DNA of 63,852 nucleotides, counting the filler, from Squatina squatina (Eukaryota): the NCBI GenBank assembly GCA_031763465.1. It is 3 parts of 3 records of this genome, joined end to end, with 100 filler letters (N's around TTAATTAATTAA, not from the genome) between each part and the next. Parts side by side here need not be neighbours in the genome. Positions count along the whole stretch, not along the records: positions 14,102 to 34,469 come from JARFOE010000057.1; positions 34,570 to 63,852 come from JARFOE010000058.1; 1 more part is not named here. One strand, 5' to 3'. A program made the position numbers and the translations under genes. Each line of letters starts with the position of its first letter. The first letter of the stretch is position 1. Under the pieces are notes generated by a model, which searched no databases, was not told the DNA's origin, and saw only the letters and a list, made by a program, of their open reading frames with translations. Positions 25,201 through 38,611 of this stretch are shown one piece after another.

Positions 25201-26983
25201 TGAGTTAAAGTGAATAATGTTGAAAGAAACAAAGCTAGAATTGGCAACTGTCAGGTTAAACTCAATAGGGTCAAAATTGGTATGCATTGCACCTGTTATT
25301 TGGTCGTAAAACAGGTGTAAAAATAACAATTTAGCAGTGGAATAGGCTGCGCCCAATCNNNNNNNNNNNNNNNNNNNNNNNNNNNNNNNNNNNNNNNNNN
25401 NNNNNNNNNNNNNNNNNNNNNNNNNNNNNNNNNNNNNNNNNNNNNNNNNNNNNNNNNNGCGTGCTAAAATTACACCTATTGGCCCCATATAGCCACTAGC
25501 TATAAAAATGCCAACTGGGTGGCCCATATTTATTATAAGAAGATGTTTCTGATTTTAGGAAATATACACAATAACTTATACACCTCTCTTGGCAGGGCTC
25601 CCAGGTTGAGGAGCAGAGGCTCAAGAGTGAATGGGAATGTGAGGAAGTGAGTGAATTGTAGCCAAGGTCAGAGGCATGCAAGAGATTTGGGAAGCAGAGC
25701 TGTTTTTTTATTGCTTTGGGGCCTGTGCTGTGAAGGGGAGGTACATGCAGAGGAATCTATAAATGCAAGTCCTGGGATATTGATGGGTGTAGTTAAAATG
25801 TCTCTAGATTCATTGCACATGCATTTCTTGGCACATCGCAAACTCCATTTTCTCTTCTCAATTGTGCAATGCTTTTGGAACCCAAGAGCAATACCCACCC
25901 TCCCCTCCTTGTACAGTGTGATGCCAAAGTCAACAACAACCATCAGTAATGGAAATATTGATGGTTAAACATAATAAATGCAAATATGGAAACGTTCCTA
26001 GCAAAACTAACTAATGCACGAAGCAAAAACAGTGAAGGGTTTATAAAAACATAAAATAAAACTTAATGGAAAAACTTGATTTAATAATTCCCTTTAAGAA
26101 GTCTGTCTCCTCAGATCAGGTCCAAGCGTGCTGTTTCCCAGTGATGTTACTTTTTGTACGAATCGGGAATTATAACTGGGAAATAAAATAAATATTTGCA
26201 ACATTGGATATTTCTTGTCCATTTCTGATTCCACAGTTCAGGAATGAAAATTGAAAATTGGCACAAGTGGCAAATTCTGAGAGCACACATTCGTCAAATA
26301 TTTCGTTAAAGGTTTATGGCTTATGGATTAAGGTTTAAAATGCCTGCTGATATAAGTATGCACATCATGCATGACACTGGGTGTGGGCTATGCAGTGACA
26401 TGTCTTATGAAAATGAATTAACTACACTCTACGTTACAATGAATTCCTCACAGATTCTCCAGAGCCCTGATTATAGTCTGTCTCTGTAAAGGTCTTTCTC
26501 TAGAACTTTCTGTGGGCCCCAGTAAAGGTAACATTTTGTCATCTTGGATTAACTGAGATGTGACACAAGGTAAAATAGATTTAAATTGCATTTTTCGGGG
26601 TAGATCTTGACTTTGTGCAATAGTGTAAAATGGGTGATAGCAAGTCAGCAGCCAGGTTCCCATCGCTCCTGAATTTTATTTCCATTGATGTGCAAAATTG
26701 AGCTGCCATGAACACAGCCAGCTAACCTCGTTCAGGGAAACCATCACACGGCCTAACCAGTGGTCCTTAACGGGACAGTTGCAGACTGCTACTAAAAAGC
26801 GAAGGGGCCGAAATTGCCAAACGTCATGCTCGAAATGCGTAGGGGGCGGGAGCCGGCATTTCGCTCACCGGCGCCCGCCCAATNNNNNNNNNNNNNNNNN
26901 NNNNNNNNNNNNNNNNNNNNNNNNNNNNNNNNNNNNNNNNNNNNNNNNNNNNNNNNNNNNNNNNNNNNNNNNNNNNNNNNNNN

Positions 26984-27335
26984 CTTTGACTCCCTTGCTG
27001 ATCAAAAATCTGCCGATCTCATCTTCGAATATATTCAATGAGTCAGCCTCCACAGCTCTCTGGGGTAAGGAATTCCAAAGATTCACAACCCTCTGAGAGA
27101 AGAAATTCTTCCTTATCTCCATCTTAAATGGGCAGCTCCTTATTCTGAGTCTATGCCCCCTAGTTCTAGATTCCCCCACGAGTGGCAACATCCTCGCCAC
27201 ATCTACCCTGTCAATCTCCCTCAGAATCTTCCATATTTCAATAAGATCACATCTCATTCTTCTGAACTCCAGTGCGTATAGTCCCAAACTATTCAACCTT
27301 TCCTCATAAGGCAACCCTTCCAACCCAGGAATCAG
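26984..27335 (-). mobile_element. CR1 LINE 3' ORF2 fragment
   Basis: YEERLNSLGLYALEFRRMRCDLIE..SRTRGH..FFSQRVVNLWNSLP. Confidence 0.9.
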
Positions 27336-27439
27336 CTACATTTCCTACATTTCAACTTTGACTACACTTTAAGAAGTACTAGAGTACCGATGCCTCCCAC
27401 CCACAACACGTTCCCTCTCTCCCCTTACATCCGCGCCAC

Positions 27440-27622
27440 GTACTCCCTCTCCTCCCCAACACCCGCACCAGGTTCTCCCTCTCCTCCCCTACACCCGCAC
27501 CTGGTTCTCCCTCTCCTCCACCTACACCCGCACCAGGTTCTCCCTCTCCTCCCCCTACACCCGCACCGGGTTCTCCCTCACCTCCCCCTATACCCGCACC
27601 ACGTTCTCCCTCTCCTCCTCCT
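27440..27622. repeat. 32-33-nt minisatellite
   Basis: About five copies of CCCGCACCAGGTTCTCCCTCTCCTCCCCTACA. Confidence 0.85.
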
Positions 27623-28399
27623 AGACCTGGTTGATTTCTCGGAAAGCTCAGTGGATGTGTAGTAAGTGATATCATTAGACTGGGCGAAATCCGGAAGTCA
27701 TGACACTGACACTATTCACTTCATACTCAATAAACCTGTTAGCAATCCGTGACTCACAAAATAGCCCATTTGTGGGCAGGGGGATTAGTGGAACAGGGGC
27801 TGAATGGCCTATTTTCTGTATCCTCAAAACCTGAACACTTACCAACCCCACTTGTCTGTCCAGCCACACTGCCTCCTAATCTCCCTGCGTTGTTCCACTT
27901 GTATGTATGAGGCCTCACCAGGGCCTGTTGTCTCCCAAAATCGAACCCTCCACTTTTGCACCTCACATAAATGCCCTTTGATTCCTAGTTTTTAATTCCA
28001 TTCCTTCTTTCATTTTGTCTTCTAGCCTGAATTCCAATGGATATTCCTTTAATTAGGGCTCATTTTATATGAACCTTCTGTTACCGTACCCGCTGCTCTG
28101 TCCACCTCCTCTCTAGTTTCTTTCAACATTGTCTTATAGATGTCTTTTGATGCATGGAGATTAAGGGGATGATTCTCCCCGGCTGCTAATGATAGGATGA
28201 TCAACACTGGGCCAATGACCCATTTACATCACTCCAGGATTACCTGGGCCTTCTCCAAAGGAGTGAACCTGGACCTCAGCCAGCAAGCGTTCCTATGGAA
28301 ATGAGGAACCAAGGAGGCATTCCTGGCTCTTTAAAATTATAAAAGTGTTCGTTGCGGTAGACATAGAGAAGATGGCCTAGAAATTGGATAAGACCTGAA

Positions 28400-28740
28400 A
28401 ATGGCCAAAGTGCGATGTACCCATGCCCATTCAAAGTGGTGCAGGCTAAGCCACATGCACACTCCTCTTTCTGTTCAGAGAGAAGACAACGAAGTCCCTT
28501 ATCCTGGAGTACAGAGCTATGACCTCCTGGATGCAGCAATGAATGTTGAACTAGGAGAATCTAGTAGCGAAGAAATTGAAGGCCATGCTGACCTTGAGGG
28601 CCACTGGCAGGGCCATCATCGCCCTGCTCTGAGGTTCCAGGTCTGGTTCTAGGAGCTGGCAGAGTTCTGTGGCTGCCACCTTGGTGAAGCAGAGCCTCCT
28701 AATTCACTGCTCCTGGTTTTAGTGCAGGTAGAAGTGCTTT
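28400..28740 (-). mobile_element. Harbinger/PIF transposase fossil
   Basis: Minus strand reads FYLH*NQEQ*IRRLCFTKVAATELCQLLEPDLEPQSRAMMALPVALKVSMAFNFFAT then HCCIQEVIALYSR, the HARBI1-type N-terminal region, with stops. Confidence 0.75.
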
Positions 28741-31700
28741 TGGCAGACCCGACATGGGCAAGGCCTCCTGCTGAGAGCCCGCCTGCCCCTCCGCCTCCTT
28801 CTGCAAGCAGCTTGTCCTCTTCTTCACTGCCTCTGTTCCATCTCCCTGTCATGCTGCAGGCCAAGGGGGAAAGACAACTAGAGCACCCATGACTGGAAGC
28901 AAGTGGCCTGACCAGAACCTTGAAGTCAGAACCAAGGCCTTCTCCACTTGCAGCACCACTCTCTGTTACCTCACAACTTTAAACAATTCTACAAAGCTCC
29001 AAACACTTCCACAAACTTGCACAGAGCTGGTAGAAAGTAATCAGCAACTAACCTTAGAGTGGTTGCTNNNNNNNNNNNNNNNNNNNNNNNNNNNNNNNNN
29101 NNNNNNNNNNNNNNNNNNNNNNNNNNNNNNNNNNNNNNNNNNNNNNNNNNNNNNNNNNNNNNNNNNNTGTGAGTGTAGATCAACAGTGTTATTGCTAATG
29201 GGAAAATTTTATATGACATCTCACTCTACACTTCAATAGCGGCGGTGAGCTACATATTGCTTCTGTACTTAGTGGCTTTTTAGGTGCAAACAAGAATTAT
29301 TTACGATAGCGAGTCAGTTTCCAGTTTATTTGTATTAATTAAAGCACACTTTGGTTGGCACAATTGGCTAAGCACATTATTCTTTCATTCCTGAACTTAA
29401 GTTTGAATTCAACTCCAACTTTTGGGACCAAAGTTTCTTCTTGTTATTGAGCGCATTTATATTAAATGAAATTAATTTGGGCAGTCTTCCCACATTCCTG
29501 GTGGTGCATGATCCACAGCAAAAAATCTGCCAAGAATTCTCTTATCCGGGAAACCAAAATATACCCGAGGATTTTATTGTCCATTTATGATTTTTGAGCT
29601 AAAGCAGCATTGTGAACATAATCTCTTACTGAATCAAAATTCTTAGTTCCTCCAACCTTGTGGTAAATATTAACTTTCTCCAAATCGCACAATGTCTCAT
29701 ATTGCAACATTTAACCTGAGGTTAAGGAGCGTAGAAGCTCAGTTTTATGGGGAGAGATAAGCTCGTTCTTTTGCGATAACCCGGATATAAAACTGCATTC
29801 ATGCCAAGGCAATAGATAAAGAGCATATAAAAGGACAAACACCTGACTCTTTCAAAGGTTCCACCGAACAGTGATGTCTAAGTTCTGTTTCTGTTTCGAT
29901 AACTTAACCTTTGCAGTAGAATTTACTGTGCTGCTGTTGCATTGCATTGATTTTCCAGATGTCCTGCCCTCAGTACTTTCAAGATGTTGTTGAAAAGTAT
30001 TTGCCAAAATAAATGCTTTTAAAATAGCCATTTATTATTGGCAGTAACTTTCCGAGGATAGTATTGGGAGTAAAGGAGAGGTGTCAGTGATGGAGTGAGA
30101 TCAATGGTCAATGAGGTAGAATGGTCAGCAGAGGAGACAAATCAACAGTCACTGGGAGAGAGGGATCAACTATCAATACAATAGATAGATCAGCATTCAA
30201 TAGGTGTGAGGGATCCGTAGTCAGTGGGGCAGGGGGATTAATGGCCAATGAGGAAGAGCAATCAGCACTCAGTGGTTAAAAGAGATCAGCAATCAGCATC
30301 AGGGTTATTCTGAAACTTGCAACAAAGTAACCAGGCTAATGCGTCCTCCAATTATCANNNNNNNNNNNNNNNNNNNNNNNNNNNNNNNNNNNNNNNNNNN
30401 NNNNNNNNNNNNNNNNNNNNNNNNNNNNNNNNNNNNNNNNNNNNNNNNNNNNNNNNNGCGCCAAAGTCTCCCACTCCGAAAAAAAAGTTTTCTCTGCCTC
30501 ACACAAAAAGTTGGTGCACTTTTCGTCAGCTGCTGAGTCAGGATGTTTCGGAAAGTTGAGGGACGGTGTGCGCGTGTGAAGGATGGGCTCATTCATCCCC
30601 AACACGGAGCAGGTTGTGCGGGCTTTTTAATCTGTTTAAAATCGGACCAACTCGGGAGGAGGCCTTCCTGCGGCGAGACAGACCCAGTACATTTGACACG
30701 ATGACAGTGTTTCTGGCTCCACAGTAAAACCAATGGATTGTGGTTTTCTTTTTAATCGAAGGGTTGTAACTAAATGGTATAAGATTTATGCAATTTTTAA
30801 AATTCGTTTCCTTGGTAAAGTTGTGTAACTGTGCCTGGTTACCTACGAGAAGGAAACCGTATTATTATTGCAAATCTTCTGAAAAAGTTCATTCGAGCAA
30901 ATTCAGTCGGAAAGAATTTTCTTCCTTTTTCTGTTGAATGCGATTTGATTCTTGGATCGTGTACTGTCAAAGATAGGAAGTCACTGAAAGTAGGTGAGGG
31001 AGACATACACAGATTATTGAAGGAGTTTGCTTATACAATAGATAATACACCTTAATAATTTATTCTCATTGTTTAAAGTTGAAATGCATCAACCCCAAAT
31101 AGCACATATACAAGTCCGTTAGAAACCTCTCGGGAAGCCTTCCCCACAGGAGTAGGAAATGGCCAAACATGAACTGAATTTTGGTCAACAAAAGAGAAAC
31201 AAAACAAAGAAGGAAGTTTTGAGGAATGTGCCCATACAGAAAGTTTAAGTCCCTGACTCTGTCTAGACTCCTTATCTCTGTGCTGCAGGCATTCAGGTGG
31301 GAAACATTCATGACTTCAAAAGTTTGTGACAACTCTTGAAGTCCCTTGAGCATTTCATGTAATTAGGATAGTATCTGGGAGGTTTCAGATTATGAAAGCC
31401 ATTTTAATTAAAATGTGATCCTTATCCTCCTCTCTTGCCCCCTTGGTGCTCAATAATAAATAGATATTTGTTTCTGTGGGGCAATATTTTCCGATTTTTA
31501 GACAAGCTGCGAAGGACGTGTCAAATATTGGGCCGAATGTTGCTGGGAAAATAATGCCCACTGTTTTTGACCATTGTGGTAAATTGAATCAGATACATCC
31601 TGTGACTTGTTCTGTAATCTACTTATAGTCCATTTTTAAAATTTGTTAAAATCAATTCACAGAGGTTGTTGTTATATTCAAAAAATTCAAAGTGAATAAT

Positions 31701-32001
31701 TAAAATCTAATAGCCTTCTTGGCGTTACATATCCAATTTTTAGTGTTAGCTTCTGCCTTCACAGGTTTGGATCTGAGTTCTTGCTCCAATGGTGAATTTT
31801 ACATTTTAAATTGTAGGTGCTGTGCACAGAGACAGGTACTGTATCTGACTGGGATAAAAAAAAATAACTTAACAAAGAGCTCTGTGACTCAAATTGCACC
31901 ANNNNNNNNNNNNNNNNNNNNNNNNNNNNNNNNNNNNNNNNNNNNNNNNNNNNNNNNNNNNNNNNNNNNNNNNNNNNNNNNNNNNNNNNNNNNNNNNNNN
32001 N

Positions 32002-32265
32002 CAAGACCGCCCGAACTGGAGGAGTAGCATCCGAGAAGGCGCCAATCACTTCGAGCTTCTTTGACGGGAGCACGTGGAGGCCAAACACAAACAGCAGAAG
32101 GAGCGTGCGACAATCCGAGCATCCCACCCACTCAATCACCACCTGCCCCATCAGAGGCAGAGTTTGTGGATCCCGTATAGGACTCATTATTCACCTCAGA
32201 ACCCACAATACTGAAGTGGAAGCAAGTCATCCTCGACCCCGAGGGACTGCTAAGAAGAAGAAGAT
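32002..32265 (+). mobile_element. RTE LINE 3' end
   Basis: C-terminal CPIRGRVCGSRIGLIIHLRTH zinc-finger remnant, short 3' UTR and (AAG)n tail. Confidence 0.8.
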
Positions 32266-33584
32266 GCTGCTCACTCCTGTAAGCAGACCCTTATACTCTG
32301 GCATTCATTAGCTTCCCTGCCTAAAATCTAGGTATGTGACATCATAACTTGGGAGCTGTCAACAATGCTTTCCACGAATGACTCCTTTCTGTAGCAAGGT
32401 AGCCAAATAATTGAGCTTTTGACTCCTCATTCAGTGGACATTGCAGGCACTTGCACAGTGATGGCCATTAACCTTGTAGCATTGCATCCAGGTGGGAGAA
32501 GTCCATCAGTTTAACACTTCTTCAGTGTCACTCTACTGGTCCACTCCAAAATAATCCTGATTCCTTCCTTGACTGAGGGCTGGCCAATAGAGCCACCAAT
32601 GAATCACACTAGAACCCCTTTGTCCCCTCCCCCACAGCTTTGGGTGTCTTAGTGACTAACTCCCATTGTTTTCAGAATGATTGGTGCTAACCCAACACAA
32701 TGAACCTGCATGGCAGGGATGCATTAATTGTTCTAGATCGTTAAGGATATGACTTGAAAATACGTCTCCTTTTCTCTCCAACCCAGCTGTAAACTGGATT
32801 TTACCACTTTGTGGGCTAAAGCAACCCTTTATAAATCATACCGAAATAAATCCTTATCTTGGAAAAGTGGCCATAAATCCTGAAATCTAACAGGGACTAC
32901 TACCATTGAGCAAAGAAAATAGGAGATTTTATAGAGATTTTTAAAATTATGAAGGATTTTGATTGGGTGAATAGGAAAAAAATATTTAGTCAGGATGGGG
33001 GTGAGTTCAGGCACAAACCATTGGATCTTTTAAGGAAAAAGTGGGTAAATATTTGAGGCAGAGTAAAATACAGAGCTTGGGGTAGGAGGAAGGGAGCAGG
33101 GCAGTGGGATTAGTTTTGCATTGCTTGAGTCGAGAGTTAGCACAGGTGCAATGGGCCGAATTACCTCCTTCTGTGCTGTAAACATCTATGGTTCTGTAAT
33201 TGGAACTGTCTAGGTTTCAAAGCAGGATGTTGGAAGCATTGCATTGCTTTTGTGGGTCAGATCATTGGCATGCATGGTGAGGGCCTCAGCACATTAGATT
33301 CTCTCCTTAATTCCTGGCCTGAGATATGCAGTGTAGGGATGGAAGTCAGGGGCTTGCAAAATCAGAGGGAGAGAAGAAAGGATGCCCTCACTGAAACCCA
33401 GTCACGGTGTCTCCAAGCCGGAGAAAATTGGTTATGGATTCGGAGCAGCCTGTTTCTAGCATGTCACCCTGAGAGATCAATGACTGGATTGCAAGAGCAA
33501 AACTCCTGAGCAATTGTGTCTTTCATTGGAGGATGAAACCCTCAAACAAAAACTAATTGTAATATTACTTTCTTTTCTGTCCAG

Positions 33585-33683
33585 GCCAACATATTCCTAG
33601 GAGAAGATACCATTAAACCATCAGGTTTACTGAAGTCACATTTATTGCAATTGCTACAAACAACAACATCTTCTCCAAGTCAG
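33585..33683 (+). CDS. Unassigned candidate exon
   Basis: CTTTCTTTTCTGTCCAG acceptor, CAG|GTAAAT donor, 99 nt, only phase 0 open: ANIFLGEDTIKPSGLLKSHLLQLLQTTTSSPSQ. Confidence 0.35.
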
Positions 33684-34469
33684 GTAAATTCAAGCTTTTT
33701 ATTATATATAAGTTCTAATTACATTCAATGCAAAAATGGTGGTTTGGTTTAACAAATTGGAATTCATTACCTTTGTATAGCATATAATTTCACAGGCTGT
33801 GACCTTGTGGTCCAACAATAATTTATAGACAATGGTATACAAGTGAGAGAGAGGAACTCGAATTGGAAGTGATTAAATTTGAGGAGGGGATAGAACCAAA
33901 GCCACAGTGTTAATCTGTGTTATTGTTGAAAAATACAGTTACCAAAAGAATGCAACTTCAGCGTTTAGTATATTTTAATAAAGAAAACAATCAGAAATTA
34001 TAATTGATATAACTGCAGTTCTTGAATTAAATACTGCAAGTTCTGCTTGGATTTTTGTGGTTTATTTTTGTTAAAAAGGAAATAACCTTTTAAGTACTTT
34101 AAGATGAGAAATGTATATGTCAATAGTGATAAAGGCTTGTTGACTGTGTGCATATCTCTGCAGTTCCTGTGTTATTTTCCATTACATACCAACAGGAGCC
34201 ATGTTCATGAACAGATGTCTGGTTGTTAAGCTGTGTCATTATGTACTTAATGCTTTTTGTGACATGTTCTTAAGTACAGTCAGTGATTGTTGACTGCAGC
34301 AAAACACAATTGCCTATTCATTATTCTAGCTCTGGGAGGACAGCAACAGACCGGTACTTACAGATAGTTTATAAATTCTCCATTTATTGCTTCCTTCATG
34401 AGTAGGTTAAAAGTAAAAGAAAAATGAATTCTTTGATCAGATTTCTCCCTCCCCTAACATCTCAGAGAA

Positions 34470-34569
34470 NNNNNNNNNNNNNNNNNNNNNNNNNNNNNNN
34501 NNNNNNNNNNNNNTTAATTAATTAANNNNNNNNNNNNNNNNNNNNNNNNNNNNNNNNNNNNNNNNNNNN
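34470..34569. other. Artificial scaffold linker (44N-TTAATTAATTAA-44N)
   Basis: Identical to 14002-14101. Confidence 0.95.
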
Positions 34570-35642
34570 GCCACATTGAGTTGATTCAGACTCTGCCTCA
34601 AAGCTGAACGAGTTAGTCTATACCCTACCATAATTTTCAATGAACGATCCAGTGCATCCTAAAACTCTTAACCTAGGGTAGCAAACATCCAGAGACCAGA
34701 AAGGTCCCAGTTGGCACTTAGCTATCTGATCTCAGCCAAGGTGGCATAGGGGTATAACAATTGGTCTGGATGCCCCTGACTTAAGGAGGGCAAAATCGAG
34801 TAAATCTCCAGCTGTTAAGCTCTGGTCAGTGAGCTCTGCTTGTGCGTAGATTGGGCGAAGATAGCATTGTGATGCCCCCTTAGTTGAAAAGCTCAGTGGC
34901 ACACTCTATCAAGGTTCTCATATGAGCAGTGTCCCCCTTGGGTGATGTACCATACCCCACCAAGAAGTCAACAAGTTCAGAAAGGGAGAACCTGTCTCGG
35001 GACCAGGATTTTAAACATGTTGCATCTAACTAGAAATTCATAATTTCTTGTTTCAAAATAAATGGATGGATTGCTAAACTCAAGTGCCTACATCACACAG
35101 AAGAAAATGTGTATTTCACTATTTTCTTGCCAAATAATTTGATAAATAATTCAGCAAAGGCCAACTCTTAATTCAAATTATATTCCAAATGACCCTGTTC
35201 CCCACCCTCAAATGTTCGTGAATGTTTTTGTAATTTATTTTCATTGCAAACTGAAAATGTCCTTTCTGGGGAGAGATTTTGGCTCCCAGGCGGTTGTTAC
35301 CTCAACGCAGTCTGTGTTACACAAGTATCCTAAGTTTCTCACCTCATTGTTACAGAAATATTTGGTCTATAACAAGGCTGCCGATTCAGTTTCGACCCCC
35401 AGATCCCCTGTTGAACCACTTCTTGCAAGATCATTCTCAATTGAATCATGATTACCATTGACAGGTACTGGGATTTTGGTGGTTATCTCCTAGTTTGATC
35501 TTCTGTTTAATTTGGATGAGTTTGATATTTTTATTTCAAGGCNNNNNNNNNNNNNNNNNNNNNNNNNNNNNNNNNNNNNNNNNNNNNNNNNNNNNNNNNN
35601 NNNNNNNNNNNNNNNNNNNNNNNNNNNNNNNNNNNNNNNNNN

Positions 35643-36234
35643 AATGTAGGGCACTGCATAAATCAGGAAATTCGAAGTGCATGAAACAAGGGCAATACAG
35701 TAACCATGGGAGACTTTAATCTACATATAGAATGGGCAAACCAAATTAGCAATAATACTTTGGAGGTCGAATTCCTGGAATGTGTACAATATGGTTTTCT
35801 AGATCAGTATGTTAAGGAACCTACTAGGGAACAGGCTATTTTAGATCTTGTATTGCATAATGAGGAAGGGTTAATTAATAATCTTGTTGTGAAGGGGCCT
35901 TTAGGAAAGAGTGACCATAATATGATAGAATTCTTCAATAGGTTTGAAAGTGATGTAGTTCAATCAGAAACCAGGGACTTAAATCAAAACAAGGGTAACT
36001 ACGATGGCATGAGGGGCAAGTTGGCTGTGGTAGGTTGGGAAACTACATTAAAAGACATGACTATAGACAGATTATGGCTAGCATTTAAAGAACAAATGCA
36101 TAATTTGCAACAGATATGCATTCCTTTCTGGCACAAAAACCCAACAGGAAAAGTGCCCCAACCATGGCTAACAAAAAAATTAAGGATCGTATCAGGTCAA
36201 AGGAGGAGTCATATAAAGTGGCCAGAAAAAGCAG
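35643..36234 (+). mobile_element. CR1 LINE ORF2 endonuclease region
   Basis: MGDFN..FLDQYVKEPTREQAILDLVL..PLGKSDHNMIEF, APE-domain motifs. Confidence 0.9.
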
Positions 36235-36731
36235 NNNNNNNNNNNNNNNNNNNNNNNNNNNNNNNNNNNNNNNNNNNNNNNNNNNNNNNNNNNNNNNNNN
36301 NNNNNNNNNNNNNNNNNNNNNNNNNNNNNNNNNNGGAAAAGACCAGGTCAGGGATTTTACTGCACTCTGACTGTGGGAGATAAACTTTCAACTGAATTTG
36401 CTTTTGTTTTAATCACACTAATTAGTGAATTGAGCCACATGGTCATTAATATTGTTCATGCTGTAAATATATTTTTCATTCATTGCAATAAACATTTTGA
36501 ATCAACCCTATGAATTATTGATTTTTAATTATGTTGCAACTATATATGGGAACTTAATCAAGAAGTACAAATGTATTTAATTAAATGCAGATGCGTCAAG
36601 TGTCCTCAGGGCAATATTTTTTTGATTATTAAATTCAGTCAAATAATTTTAAAACATTGATCTTGCTGGGGGTAATATTAAAACATAGAATTAAACAAGC
36701 ATTCCAGCTAATGTTTTCTCTCTTTTCTCAG

Positions 36732-36822
36732 TCTACACAAGCCTGAAATCAAGTTCACTGTCATCTTGGACAGGCGCCTGGATACATGGGCGTCTATCAA
36801 AGCAGCTCTCATCCAAATAGCG
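36732..36822 (+). CDS. MCF2: MCF2/Dbl exon (Sec14-like domain)
   Basis: AG/GT bounded; LHKPEIKFTVILDRRLDTWASIKAALIQIA, compare MCF2 FTIILDRRLDTWSS. Confidence 0.85.
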
Positions 36823-38003
36823 GTGAATATTTTGTTTTCCATTCATTCTTCAGTGCCTCAGTGATTAATAAAACCCATTCTGTGCTTATTAAAGAGTTCA
36901 AAAAAGGTATGATTTGATGTGCTATCTATTAACAAACAGCCCCCAGACCCTTACTGCAGGGCGTGACTGTAAAATGGAGCATTTCTCACTCCCTGGGCTA
37001 GATTGACCACTGACTGAGGGTTTGGAAAATCTTGTCCTTGCATTGATCAGTTGCTAAGGGATCGGGATAAATTGTTGGATGCACGCAGGGTTGGAAGGCT
37101 GAATTTCTTTTTCCAAATCCATCTAACTTGGACCAAGTCTCTCATATATGACCATCTCTAGTGTTGTTGTTGTTTCGGAACCAAAGCTGGTTTGTAATAT
37201 CCAGACTGGAAGTGATGTGAACGCCTTTAACTGAACAAAATCCTCGTGTGTAGCTCCTACCAGTTAGCCTTTTAAACAATTTCCCTTTTGGACTTTTAAT
37301 GTGCGGACTGAGTGAGGAGGAGGGACTAAGAGTTTGTTCCCTATGAATCTAATCAAATAAAGAAAGACTTGCATTTCTATAGCGCCTTTCATGACCACTA
37401 GATGCCCCAAAGTGCTTTACATCCAATGAAGTACTTTTTCAAGTGCAGTCACCGTTGTAATGTTGGAAATGTGGCGGCTAAATTGCACACAGTAAGCTCC
37501 CACAACAGCAATGTGATAATGACCAGATAATCTGTTTTTGTTATGATGATTGAGGNNNNNNNNNNNNNNNNNNNNNNNNNNNNNNNNNNNNNNNNNNNNN
37601 NNNNNNNNNNNNNNNNNNNNNNNNNNNNNNNNNNNNNNNNNNNNNNNNNNNNNNNGTCCAACCAGAGGAGTGAAAGAGTGATTTAAATCATTGTGCGAAT
37701 AAACGGACGGCTTTGGAGAAACCTTGAATATTTTTTTTCTCGCCTTTCTTTTCCTTTTGTGTCTGCATCGGACCCAAAGCTGGTTCTCTGAATGATTGAA
37801 AAGCCTTACTGTGCTATCTCCCCACACCCTGCCACAGCCAGCACCAAATAAGGAAGATCCCAGCTGAGCTTTGAGTGGGAAGAGGCTGTAGCACATTATA
37901 AGGGAGCTGCTGTTTCTTTGCGAGAGCAGGGAGTTAGATTTTCACTCGAAACCTGTGCCTCACGGCATTACCTTCATTCATGTATTGGTGGTCTTGTATT
38001 CAG

Positions 38004-38166
38004 GCCATCGAGAGCTTTGCTGTAATGGTGAAGGAGATTGCTCAGCTGCTGCAAGCTTTTGGCACAGACCTGGCTGAGGCTGAGCTGCCTGATGATTTNN
38101 NNNNNNNNTTTGCATTCTGTAGAGGACCTGCTTATTGCACGAACTGAAAAATACAATCAGCTCAAG
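38004..38166 (+). CDS. MCF2: MCF2 exon (spectrin-like region; 10-N gap inside)
   Basis: AIESFAVMVKEIAQLLQAFGTDLAEAELPDD..HSVEDLLIARTEKYNQLK; CAG acceptor, GTAAGC donor. Confidence 0.88.
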
Positions 38167-38611
38167 GTAAGCTCAATGTGAGTGCCACAACATTGACCTG
38201 TTTGAAATACTGTGCATTCATTCCTTTTACAGCTAGTTGTAGGATTAAGGGGAAGCTCGATAAGCGCACGAGGGAGAAAGGAATAGAAGGATGTGGTGAT
38301 GGGGTGAGATGAAGAGGGTTGGGAGGAGGCTCGTGCGGAGCAGAGACACCAGTAGTTAGGCCAAATGGCCTGTTTTGGTGCTAGAGACTCGATGTACTAC
38401 TGTGTAAATGTAACCATTTAATGAAAGAGCAAGGGACTGGGATTCATTGGATAGCTCTAGCAAAGAGCCAGCACAGGCCGGGTGGGCTGAATGGCCTCCT
38501 TATCATTCTCTGATTCTTAGATATCAAGGACTGAACGGGACACAACTAATGATTATTTTACAACTTCTCTCTAGTCAAAAACAAGTTAATTGTTAACACC
38601 TTCATTTCAAA

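Noticed and set aside
38099-38108. Frameshift in an MCF2 exon
   Set aside because: The 10-N gap has overlapping TTT flanks; merging gives in-frame DDLHSVED.
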